Made by a program: the position numbers and the translations under genes | Part shown: positions 1 through 9,128 of the stretch, piece after piece | Layout: every line of letters begins with the position of its first letter | Numbering within the stretch: position 1 is the stretch's first letter | NCBI GenBank assembly: GCA_048938385.1 | Contig: JBHLMG010000019.1 | Location: forward strand, 1 to 45,434 | DNA length: 45,434 nt | From: Promethearchaeota archaeon | GTDB taxonomy: Archaea > Asgardarchaeota > Hermodarchaeia > Hermodarchaeales > Hermodarchaeaceae | Direction: 5' to 3' | Notes under the pieces: model-generated | Seen by the model: only the letters and a program-made list of their open reading frames with translations | Told to the model about the DNA's origin: nothing | Database searches by the model: none

Positions 1-1870
1 TCGAGGGTGGAACCGGCGATGCTCGTGACGCCTGTAATCCCTGAGCCGTCAATTGGGCTTTCTATGTCGTTGACCACGTAGTAGAAGGTGATGACCACAT
101 CTTCTCCATAGGGCACCTGGGGAATGGGGTCGAAGGAGATGGAAGTGAGGAGGGTGCGAACCGTGAAACCAATGGTTTGGTCCGCGTCTTCGTGTTGAGC
201 GTCTGGAGAGATGACATGAAGCTGAAGTGTATACGCTTTGATGGAGTTGAGTTTGCCGCTACTATAGAGAATTGTGAGGGTGTATTGACCCCCGCCATTA
301 TCAACGAGGGTGTAGTCGGTGCCGGTGAGGGCGACGGCGTCGAGGGTGGAGCCCGCGATGCTGGTGACGCCTGTAATGCCGGTGCCATCCAAGGAACTTG
401 TAGGATCGTTTACGGTATAGTAGAAGGTGATGACTACATCTTCTGCCCATGGGGTGATAGAGACTGCATCATAAGTAATGAATGTTCGTAATTGCCGCAC
501 ATTAAAGGTAATTGATTGAGTTGCGTCGTTATGTTGAGCATCGGGTGAGCTTACATACAAGGAAAGGGTGTATAATTTGATGCTGTTAATTTTTCCACTG
601 GAGTATAAGATTGTGAGGGTGTATTCGCCACCACCAACTTCCGCGAGGGTGTAATCAGTAAGTAGGAGGGCAATGGCGTCAAGGGTTGACCCTGCAATTG
701 AAGTGACACCAGTAATACCTGTCCCGTCTTGTGAGCTTGCAGGATCATTAACTGTATAGTAAAATGTAATAACTACATTCTCACTCCAGGGTACTGGAAT
801 TACCGGAACATATGTTATTTGAGTAGTCAGCTTTCTTACGGTGAAATTAGTTGATTGACTCGCATCGTCATGCTGGCTATCCGGACTGTTTACATAAAGG
901 TATAAAGTATAGGTTTTTATCGAGCTGAGTTTGCCACTTGAATAGAGGAGGGTGAGGGTGTATTGCCCCCCACTATTATCAACCAGTGTATAATCTCCTC
1001 CGAGTAGCCCCGTACCATCAAGAGTGGAGCCGGCAATACTCGTGACCCCTTCAATTCCAGATCCATGTTGACTGCTGGCTGTATCACTAACTCGATAATA
1101 AAAGACGATGATTATGTCATCGCCCCATGGGGTTGTCGAAATTGGATCAAAGGTTATCTGCATAATAAGTTCTCGAACAGCGAATGTGATTTGGCGGCTG
1201 CTATTTTGGTATGTTGAAGACGGTGAACTGACCACAAGCTGAAGAGTATAGCTCTTTATGCTGTTTATTCGTCCGCTGGAATAGAGAATTGTCAGCGTGT
1301 ATTCTCCGCTGCCAATTTCAACAAATGTGTATTGACCTCCCAGAAGGGCACTCCCATCAAGTGTAGTTCCTGCAATGCTAGTCACACCGGTTATGCCTTC
1401 TCCATCATGAGTACTCTCAGGATCATCTATTAAGTAGGTGAAGTTAATGACGACATCTTCGCCGAATGGAGTAGGTAGGAGTGGGGTGTAGATGATGGCA
1501 GTTTCAAGCGCTCGGACAGTGAAGGTAATGGTTCGGGTAGCATCGCTATATTTTGAATCGGCTGGAGCTAAATTCAAAACAAGTGTATAAGATTTTACAG
1601 TACTAATTTTGCCACTTGTTGATAGAATAATAAAGCGGTATTGTCCACCACCAAGGTCGGTGAAGGTAAAATCGCTTGGTGTACTTAAGGGGGCCCCGTC
1701 GAGTTGAGCTGAAGTGATGCTGGCACTTGTTAAGCCATTTCCATCATATTGACTATCCGGATCGTCAACGACGAAATTAAAGTCAATGACCACATCTTCA
1801 TCCCAAGCGACTGATCCAGGCGGGGTATAATCAATGGTCGTAGAGATTTCTCGTACGACGATAGTGAGCT
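1..1870 (-). repeat. Intragenic tandem repeat, period 339 nt (113 aa), about 5.5 copies visible
   Basis: The anchor motif (+ strand TCRAG.GT.G, encoding (G)STLD-like) starts at 1, 340, 679, 1018, 1357 and 1699, with spacings 339, 339, 339, 339, 342. Unit consensus ~P(Y/W)GEDVVITFYY.V.D..S..DG.GITGVTSIAGSTLD.......Y...D.GGG.YTLTILYSSGKL...K.YTL. Confidence 0.9.
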
Positions 1871-4211
1871 TAAGGGTTCGAGTGGTGTAATAGTTTAGTT
1901 GAGCTTGAATTGTGAGTATGTAAGTGCCGGGTGAAGGCTGATCAGAGGTATCAATAGTGATATCATACCAACCGGGGGTTCCATTACCAGCACCCGTGGG
2001 ACCTGTGGGCCAATCCGTGGTGACAGTAGCTCCAGCAATTCCTGAGCCAAGTTCGTCTTCATAGAAAACTTGGACAGTTGTGGCTTCATCATAGGCTAGG
2101 GTTAATCCGGGCGATTCTGGCGAGGAAAGTGTAGCATCGCTTCGAACCTGCAATGTGATAATGGTTTGGGCCGGTTCATAGAAGTCCGCATCGGCGTCAA
2201 CTGTTAAAGTGTAATCTTGGGGAGTAAGTAAGGCATTTGATACTTTGGCTTCATACCAACTTCCCGCTTGATAGAAATCAATAGTGTGTAGGTCAACTGA
2301 TCCTGTAACAGTCACAGTTCCACTAGTGTTTCCAATGAAAATTGAACGATCCGTGTTATTGTAGAAGACCCGTGGATAAAAGAATCCGGCGCCATATGTT
2401 ACCACTAAAGGTGATTGTTCTGGTGTTAGACTCGTGTCGTGAATGATATCGAATTGGGTTGAGTAAAAGCCAGCAGCAGTCTGGGTTGGAGTGACTCCAT
2501 TATCGTAACTCACGCAGAGGGTGTAGCGACCAGGTGTATAGGTTGTTCCGCTGTTGAAATCAACATTAAAGCCTACAGTGGTTGTTGCTGAGAATGTAGT
2601 ACTTTGTTCATGGGCGATGGAACCATCCGGTCTGTAGAGTGTGATATTCGTTTGTCCGGCATTCTTGAGGTGTGTGACGGTGATGGAAAGCTGGGAGGGC
2701 GTGCGTGGACTGATGTAGTAGGTGTGCTGGATTGGTGTAACGGATGAAATCACATTCAGTGATGAAAAGGTGAAGTTCCACCATCCAAATACCTCGCTTA
2801 TCGCTAAATTGTTGAGTCTAAATTGTGTCGATGTGGTCGTTACAAAACTTGTCCGATCTCTAAAGAGAGCATCCCACGCCTTATGTAGAGTCCACGTTTC
2901 GGTGGTTGGGCGAGTAATGGTAAGATTGTATAATTCAAAGTAAAAGGGCTGATAGGCATACATCCACGTCGTCCAATACACTAAGGAATCATTTTTTGCC
3001 ACAAATCGGGAACCTTCGGCCCCGACTTGCTGTTCGGTCGTTGCGGTTCGCGTTATATACAAGGTTAAATCGTAGGAAAATTGCACCGATCGAGCTTCTG
3101 AATCAAAGCATTGCCATAGTGCTCGCACTCTTTTATGAACCTCGGTTGGATTGGTCCACGTTCCGGTGACCGAGTAGGTACCGTATCCATAGCCATATGT
3201 GCCGGCAACCGGAGTTGTAGAGTTCATGTTTAATTCTAGCCATGATGAATCCGTTGGATCAACTAATCCCCGAACTTCCAAGGCGACATTATCAAAATCA
3301 ATCCCCCAGGCGGTATACTCCCAGGCTTGCTGGTAGCTGGTCCAGGAGAGCCCTAACCGGATAACAATATCTCCAGGAACCAGCCAATTAATTACCTCAT
3401 CATAAGGAATGGAGATGGTCAACGGATACCATACATCATTACTCGGACAATTACTTTCGAGAAGTAATCTGTGTTCATACCCGGCAACTTGGGCATAAAT
3501 CACCATGCGTCCTCGGGAACCAGCACTGGCGCTAAGCTGGGTTACGCGGGCTTGAAAGGTCAAGCGAGCATAGACCGGATCATCCCGTGGAATGTTGATA
3601 GTATTGCGCCAGGCTATGTAGTAATTGTCGTCCCAATACCAGGGATTATTACATTCATACCAGACTCTAACTCCCTTGGTCCCGGAATTCCCATAATTTG
3701 TGCCGTATTTATACCCAAAATAGGGTTCACTTGGGTAGGTGGTATTTGAACCCATGCCACTGGAAATGAAGTTCCATTGGTCTGGCAGGGTTGTTCCGGA
3801 TTCAAAATTGCCATTTTCTCGGCTGCCAGTCATAAAATACGGTTGGTCATACAGATTGTAGACATCAGCATCAAGTTGGTACCCAGTCCATCCCGCAGGA
3901 AGCCGCATTTGGCCATACTGGCTTTCACCCGAATCAAGACCTGTAACTGAAAGCGAATGGTTCGTACCTTGGGCATATTCTTGCGTAGCAAGCGTGGTTC
4001 CTAATCCTTCATATTGGTATTGTCCATCGGAATATATTGGTCCTGCAGGAAGTGGAGGAAGAAATGATGAACTGGCAGGATCTTGGTTATTTTCACTATT
4101 TGGAAGAATTATCTTATTGTTGGTAATGCCTTCATATGGTGTGAGTGCAAGAAAGGGTGTAATTACAAATAAGGCTAACAGAGAGAGGTACAACAGAGTT
4201 TGATGCCTCAT
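1..4211 (-). CDS. Giant secreted/surface protein with 113-aa tandem Ig-like repeats (3'-truncated by the window edge, >=1403 aa)
   Basis: ATG at 4211-4209 gives the signal peptide MRHQTLLYLSLLALFVITPFLALTPYEG. Hand translation at 3781-4020 and 1-360 is open in the same frame (...PIDGSGITGVTSIAGSTLD at the edge). The ORF track lists no ORF in this frame, which fits the absence of a stop inside the window. Thr/Tyr/Val-rich beta-sandwich-like sequence. Confidence 0.92.
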   Translation of the reverse strand, partial: MRHQTLLYLSLLALFVITPFLALTPYEGITNNKIILPNSENNQDPASSSFLPPLPAGPIYSDGQYQYEGLGTTLATQEYAQGTNHSLSVTGLDSGESQYGQMRLPAGWTGYQLDADVYNLYDQPYFMTGSRENGNFESGTTLPDQWNFISSGMGSNTTYPSEPYFGYKYGTNYGNSGTKGVRVWYECNNPWYWDDNYYIAWRNTINIPRDDPVYARLTFQARVTQLSASAGSRGRMVIYAQVAGYEHRLLLESNCPSNDVWYPLTISIPYDEVINWLVPGDIVIRLGLSWTSYQQAWEYTAWGIDFDNVALEVRGLVDPTDSSWLELNMNSTTPVAGTYGYGYGTYSVTGTWTNPTEVHKRVRALWQCFDSEARSVQFSYDLTLYITRTATTEQQVGAEGSRFVAKNDSLVYWTTWMYAYQPFYFELYNLTITRPTTETWTLHKAWDALFRDRTSFVTTTSTQFRLNNLAISEVFGWWNFTFSSLNVISSVTPIQHTYYISPRTPSQLSITVTHLKNAGQTNITLYRPDGSIAHEQSTTFSATTTVGFNVDFNSGTTYTPGRYTLCVSYDNGVTPTQTAAGFYSTQFDIIHDTSLTPEQSPLVVTYGAGFFYPRVFYNNTDRSIFIGNTSGTVTVTGSVDLHTIDFYQAGSWYEAKVSNALLTPQDYTLTVDADADFYEPAQTIITLQVRSDATLSSPESPGLTLAYDEATTVQVFYEDELGSGIAGATVTTDWPTGPTGAGNGTPGWYDITIDTSDQPSPGTYILTIQAQLNYYTTRTLKLTIVVREISTTIDYTPPGSVAWDEDVVIDFNFVVDDPDSQYDGNGLTSASITSAQLDGAPLSTPSDFTFTDLGGGQYRFIILSTSGKISTVKSYTLVLNLAPADSKYSDATRTITFTVRALETAIIYTPLLPTPFGEDVVINFTYLIDDPESTHDGEGITGVTSIAGTTLDGSALLGGQYTFVEIGSGEYTLTILYSSGRINSIKSYTLQLVVSSPSSTYQNSSRQITFAVRELIMQITFDPISTTPWGDDIIIVFYYRVSDTASSQHGSGIEGVTSIAGSTLDGTGLLGGDYTLVDNSGGQYTLTLLYSSGKLSSIKTYTLYLYVNSPDSQHDDASQSTNFTVRKLTTQITYVPVIPVPWSENVVITFYYTVNDPASSQDGTGITGVTSIAGSTLDAIALLLTDYTLAEVGGGEYTLTILYSSGKINSIKLYTLSLYVSSPDAQHNDATQSITFNVRQLRTFITYDAVSITPWAEDVVITFYYTVNDPTSSLDGTGITGVTSIAGSTLDAVALTGTDYTLVDNGGGQYTLTILYSSGKLNSIKAYTLQLHVISPDAQHEDADQTIGFTVRTLLTSISFDPIPQVPYGEDVVITFYYVVNDIESPIDGSGITGVTSIAGSTL

Positions 4212-4712
4212 ATTAGACTGTCCCCAATTGGAAGGCGGCAGAGGAAAGCAAATTAGATACAACCTATCATCATTTCAGGCTCTTGTCCCCTTAATGAGAA
4301 GAAATCTACGAAATGTATTCCAATCTATCGCCATACCTTGTTAAAACGGGCGGGTTGACGATTTAAAAACATTTAGCTGCACGAGTTTTTATACAAATAA
4401 AGAAAAGACCTGAAGGTTCTCCGTGTTTCCAAGTCAGCGAAGAGAACCTTCTTTGGTTACTTCGATTTGTTCCTAAGTATTTATTTTTGAGCGAGCGGAA
4501 CAGTTGAAAGTGGTATCGTGGGTTGAACTCGAAATGTTGTATCGGCTTTTGATATAAGAACTCGGTATCTTCAGAGTGCAGGTGTACGGTGACACCGGTT
4601 TTGATGAACTCAAAGTGGGTGTTAACACCTTGACTTTTTTGTCCATCGTCTGTTCTAAAGCTATCAATATCTATCCATGTCGTGTAGTGTCTCAATTACT
4701 GATCGTTCTAGG

Positions 4713-5948
4713 CTATAGTTGCCCAAACGGTCCTTTTACCAAAGCCCAAAGTATACGGAGAAGTAGCTCAAACACATTGATATCTCCACCATAAGCTTGC
4801 TTTGGACCCTGAGTTGGGGCTTTTGCGATGAATTGCCGGATTCCTTGATCACGCTCGCCAATTCGAATGAACAGGTTGCACCATCGTGTAAGGAAGGCTC
4901 GTTGAATAATGAGTTCAGTTTTGAAGCGTCCAATGTGTTGCTCCCAACGATGTTGATATCGACTCAGAAAAGTATCGTCAAAGCGTTGCTGCGAAAATGC
5001 TTCAGTTAGAGTCTGGGCTGCCAGCTTTCCACTTACCATACCCCACACGATACCAGCACCTGATAAAGGTGAGACGAATCCTGCTGCATCTCCAACTAGT
5101 AGGACTTGTCGACCTTGGGTAGATTTGATTGGGCCAACAGTGGGACAAATTCCAGCCTCAACACCTTTTGTTGACACTTCTACAGGAAGCATTCCTTTTT
5201 GTTGTAGTAGCTTTGAAAAGATGTTAAAGTAATCAATTAACCGGATAGGTGTGTTAGCGAAACAACCCAGACCTATGTTTACTGTAAATGCTTTGGGGAA
5301 CACCCAGGCATAACCAGGAATTTGGTTAAATTGTAAGAATAGATGAATTGGTCGTTTCAAACCGTATCGGTCTTGAATGAAACTGGGTTCCACTGGGATT
5401 TCTTTCACGACTGTTTTACAGATCTCATTTGGTTTCCATCCGGGGTGCAATCCCGAGCGTCGAGCAACTACACTAACAACCCCATCAGCACCAACTACTG
5501 TTTTTGAAGTTAAACTACGACCATCCTGTAGTTGCACCCGAACATGCTGAGCTTCAGATCTTACATCAATCACCCGACTTCGCATCCCTATTTGTGCTCC
5601 AGCTTGTTGGGCGATCCCAACAAGGAATGCATCAAAAGTTTCCCTCAGAACACCGAGCATTCGTGTTCGACCTCCTACTTGGTAGCGTAAGTCAGGAGAA
5701 TGGAGGATTCCCTCATAGCTCTCACTTTGCACGAAATGCTCTTCTTGCCCCTTAAGGTATGGAAAGTATTCGAAGATTTCTGGGCCTACATAACCACCAC
5801 AAGGTTTTGCCCGTGGTAGTTGTGGAGCTTTGTCTAAAATCAGAACTCTTGTCTCAGGTCGTAGGTCAAGAAGGCATTTTGCTGTCGTGGCACCAGCTGG
5901 TCCTGCGCCAACAATGATCACATCGTAATCCGGTTGTACTACTTTCAT
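4713..5948 (-). CDS. Geranylgeranyl reductase family FAD-dependent oxidoreductase (DGGGPL reductase-like)
   Basis: DVIIVGAGPAG FAD motif, KPCGG, VGADG, GYAWVFP (the YxWxFP GGR signature), LVGDAAGFVSPLSGAGI. Confidence 0.88.
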   Translation of the reverse strand: MKVVQPDYDVIIVGAGPAGATTAKCLLDLRPETRVLILDKAPQLPRAKPCGGYVGPEIFEYFPYLKGQEEHFVQSESYEGILHSPDLRYQVGGRTRMLGVLRETFDAFLVGIAQQAGAQIGMRSRVIDVRSEAQHVRVQLQDGRSLTSKTVVGADGVVSVVARRSGLHPGWKPNEICKTVVKEIPVEPSFIQDRYGLKRPIHLFLQFNQIPGYAWVFPKAFTVNIGLGCFANTPIRLIDYFNIFSKLLQQKGMLPVEVSTKGVEAGICPTVGPIKSTQGRQVLLVGDAAGFVSPLSGAGIVWGMVSGKLAAQTLTEAFSQQRFDDTFLSRYQHRWEQHIGRFKTELIIQRAFLTRWCNLFIRIGERDQGIRQFIAKAPTQGPKQAYGGDINVFELLLRILWALVKGPFGQL

Positions 5949-6060
5949 TCTTATCTTCTCAGCATCATATGCCCTTCGTGGAGCTTTCTTATAGCTTTAC
6001 ACTTCTAGCAGTTAAGCAGTTTTTACCCTAACATTCTCTTTAGCTTTGTAGGGGGGACCT

Positions 6061-7011
6061 CTATGCGAACCCAATGCTGAGGAGGGAAAGGTAGAGGAGC
6101 ATTGCAGCTATGGCACCTAGCAAGCCTGAAACAAGATTTACTGCATTGTTGTCAAAGAAGCGGTTGCCTCGAAGGTATTCAGCAGGTTCCTGGCAATGAA
6201 CCTTCTTTTCGGTTTTCTTACTACAGACAGTACATCGCCACATCCCCTGAATAGTGGCCCCAAAGATGCTGTCTGTTGTACACCCGACGAATCCACCGAC
6301 GAGTGCGACAATGATCATGGTTACGGGAGCAAAACTCATCAGTTCTGGCATAAGGGTCGTACCGAAGATAGCGATCCAGAAGGGCGCAGCCAGGAAGGCA
6401 GAGACTCCACCAATAAGAAGGCTTCCCATGAAGGTAGCTAGTTCACCCATCAACGAAACACCACCTGATGTCCCAGCAGGTACATGTTTCCAGGGTTTGG
6501 TTATCAATCGGGGCGGTGAGGGATTTAATAAGCCGATTTCAGTGGCGAGGGTGTCGGCAGTATGCGTAGCAATGGCACCAAGAAATGCAGCAAAGGCTAC
6601 ACCAAGTACCGGAAATGGTAGATAGACCAAACCCCACCCCACATCAGTTCGACCAAAAGCGTCCCAACCACCACCAAGGGTTACGATTATGAACCCGATC
6701 AGTACAAAGCCTAAAGGGAGTATGCCATTGGTAATGACATTAGTCCATGCCCGAGCTCCACTTTTGTCCTGCGCAGCGCCTAAGGCTCGTTTCTTTTGGT
6801 ATTTGTAATGTGTGAATTGGGCGGTTACCAGAAAGAAGATCAGAAGAATAAAGAACCACGCCCAGGAAGCAAGCAGCCAAATGCCAAGGCCGAGAAAGAA
6901 GGCAGCAAAGAGTCCTGATTTCGTGACGATTCGTTTCTTAAAAGAAAAAATAGCAAGCACTCCAAGGACGAGGATTGCGATGAGTATATTCAGGATATCG
7001 AGTGACGCCAT
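6061..7011 (-). CDS. DUF92 (TIGR00297/VTE6-like) integral membrane protein with a C-terminal Cys/His metal-binding motif
   Basis: Multiple TM helices; motifs R.W.NV..NG, ADTLATEIG, VPAGTSGGVS..G, DSIFGATIQ, DNNAVN; C-terminal CTVC...HC. Confidence 0.88.
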   Translation of the reverse strand: MASLDILNILIAILVLGVLAIFSFKKRIVTKSGLFAAFFLGLGIWLLASWAWFFILLIFFLVTAQFTHYKYQKKRALGAAQDKSGARAWTNVITNGILPLGFVLIGFIIVTLGGGWDAFGRTDVGWGLVYLPFPVLGVAFAAFLGAIATHTADTLATEIGLLNPSPPRLITKPWKHVPAGTSGGVSLMGELATFMGSLLIGGVSAFLAAPFWIAIFGTTLMPELMSFAPVTMIIVALVGGFVGCTTDSIFGATIQGMWRCTVCSKKTEKKVHCQEPAEYLRGNRFFDNNAVNLVSGLLGAIAAMLLYLSLLSIGFA

Positions 7012-7479
7012 GATCGAAGCTTCCGTTGCATCTATGATTCGGATTTCTTTGAGATTGCAAACGGTCAGAATAATTTAGATAGATTGAAACGAGACACCTG
7101 GGAATCGTCCTTGCTGTTCGTGCTCCTAGTGTTACATAAAAGCCTTGGGGTTCTGACGAAAAAGTAATCGACAATTGTAGAAGACTATGTTGGGGTTCGT
7201 TAGAATGCGTACCTCGAAATTTCACCCTTGAGCCTAGATCAACCCCTTTCTCTACATCAAAGAGGTGTCTTCACAGATAGAGAAGGACTCGGAGAAAAAA
7301 AAGACTTGGTCACCTTACACGAAACATTAGTGCGTTTATTAAACTTCCAGATTCTTCAACTAGTGTTATATTTGTACATTTTTTGAATTTTACCTTACAA
7401 TGAGTGATGCCGAATATCTATCCATTTTGCAAGTACTACTATGAAAGGTATTTTTGGGTTGTTAACTTAGCAGTTTATT

Positions 7480-8163
7480 GTGGTGATAAAAATGTGGCAT
7501 GATTTAAAAGTATGGCAGGAAGTAAGGGACTGGTATTGGAAAAAGAAGGTTCACAGAACCTTAAATGCACTGAAAAAAAATGACTTTGATGCGATGTATT
7601 TTCCTACAAGAACTGAAGTTGTGGCTAAGGTCTTACAGCTTATTCCTCCAAATGCCTTAGTAGGTGTTGGAGGATCCGTCACTATAAGGGAAATTGGCCT
7701 TGTAGATTCCCTTGAACAGCGAGGTAATACAATTATCAGTCATTGGGAGGCACAAAAGAAAAGACAAAAACCCGAAGAAGTGATGAAAGCAAGAAAACTC
7801 CTGGCAAGCGCTGATATATTTTTGACAAGCACTAACGCAATCACAGAGGAAGGCCATCTCGTTAACATTGATCACGCGGGTCAACGCGTCGCTGCAATGA
7901 TCTTTGGTCCACAGAAGGTTATCATCATTGCAGGAGTAAATAAGATAGTCCGGAGTGTGGTCCACGCCATGGACAGAATCAGAGATGTAGCGGCTCCAAT
8001 GAACGCCAAACGCCTAAATTTACAGGTTCCATGTGCAGAAACTGGTAGCTGCTCAGATTGTGTATCAACGAATAGGATCTGCAATGTAACGACGATAATT
8101 GAACGCCGACCTGTCCACACAGATTCAACAATTATCTTACTTGGAGAAACCGTTGGATTCTAA
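7480..8163 (+). CDS. LUD-domain (lactate utilisation, LutC/YkgG-like) protein
   Basis: GVGGSVT, ADIFLTSTNAITEEGHLVNID..G.RVAAMIFGP.KVIIIAGVNKIV, and a C-terminal PC..TG.C.DC....RICN cysteine cluster. The start may be ATG 7492. Confidence 0.88.
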   Translation: MVIKMWHDLKVWQEVRDWYWKKKVHRTLNALKKNDFDAMYFPTRTEVVAKVLQLIPPNALVGVGGSVTIREIGLVDSLEQRGNTIISHWEAQKKRQKPEEVMKARKLLASADIFLTSTNAITEEGHLVNIDHAGQRVAAMIFGPQKVIIIAGVNKIVRSVVHAMDRIRDVAAPMNAKRLNLQVPCAETGSCSDCVSTNRICNVTTIIERRPVHTDSTIILLGETVGF

Positions 8164-8424
8164 AAGCAATTCAAGCCTTAACTGGCTACAAGACAATACT
8201 TCCACTTGCTAGGGGCAGCACACATGCAAAGACAGTGCCTTCCGTATCAGACAAAAACGAGATCCACGCCTTAAGACTAATCCGTGTCAATCACATCTAG
8301 AAAAATGTCATAATAGGTTCGTCCAGAAATTGCTTATCTTATCAAGAAAGCAGAAAATACCTTAAGACTTAATTAACTAAAGGAGAAGAACCCTTCAAGA
8401 TCTTCTATTAGTGGATGGGATTTA

Positions 8425-9093
8425 ATGGTTCGAATCCAATGGATTGAAAAAACTGACAATCAGTATCAAGAAGGTCCCACTGTTGATGAAACACCACCAC
8501 TGAGTGGTCTGACCCAATACGAAAAACCAAAGGGATTAGGCGATTCCTTGCTCTACACGATTGGAGCAATTGGTTTGTTCATCTGGGCCTTCGCTTTATG
8601 GGCTTATGAAATCTACCAATGGGTAGTAATACCGAGTAGCTTTTCTAGTTGGATAACTGGAATGGCACTGATCTCTTTTACCATCGGACTCGGAGCAACT
8701 CTTGCAGGACTCACCGGATATGCCTACTGGCAGGATTCAAATGAAAGTATAGGGCTCTACGGATTTCTCCTCGGAATCCTTCTAGGATGGATATTGTTTG
8801 CTTCTGACTTGCTAGATTTCCTCCAGGGAAGCGCGACGCTACTTGGTGGACTTGTTTGGATTGTAGGATATATCGTCATGGGTATCCTGCTCTTCGTGTG
8901 GGCATTACTTGGAGAGAAAATGCTCAAAGAAATTGAAACCAGTCAAGGCAGAACAAGTGCTGGTCGGTGGATCACTATTATTGGTGGCTTTGCATACATC
9001 GGTTGGATTTTCTTCGATTTGTTAGCATTAGTTCTATTCATTGCTCCTGTTGGACTAATCATCTTTGCGATTGCACTTTGGGGTATGAAATAA
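8425..9093 (+). CDS. Hypothetical integral membrane protein (~6 TM)
   Basis: 222-aa ORF with several hydrophobic segments, a GGGA-type RBS and a CTTAAG box upstream. Confidence 0.75.
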   Translation: MVRIQWIEKTDNQYQEGPTVDETPPLSGLTQYEKPKGLGDSLLYTIGAIGLFIWAFALWAYEIYQWVVIPSSFSSWITGMALISFTIGLGATLAGLTGYAYWQDSNESIGLYGFLLGILLGWILFASDLLDFLQGSATLLGGLVWIVGYIVMGILLFVWALLGEKMLKEIETSQGRTSAGRWITIIGGFAYIGWIFFDLLALVLFIAPVGLIIFAIALWGMK

Positions 9094-9128
9094 AAAGAGG
9101 GACTGGTCGCTTTGGCTAGATTCTCTCT

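Noticed and set aside
1-1870. 339-nt repeats as a CRISPR array or DGR template/variable repeats
   Set aside because: The repeats are in-frame protein domains with synonymous differences. There are no spacers, no adenine-specific mismatch pattern, and no cas or reverse transcriptase gene.
62-4203. Short ORFs listed in the track within 62-4203 (both strands)
   Set aside because: They are shadow ORFs in alternative frames or antisense to the giant minus-strand gene.
4363-4695. 110-aa minus-strand ORF between the GGR gene and the giant gene
   Set aside because: TTG start, no motif and atypical composition; cannot be supported as a gene.
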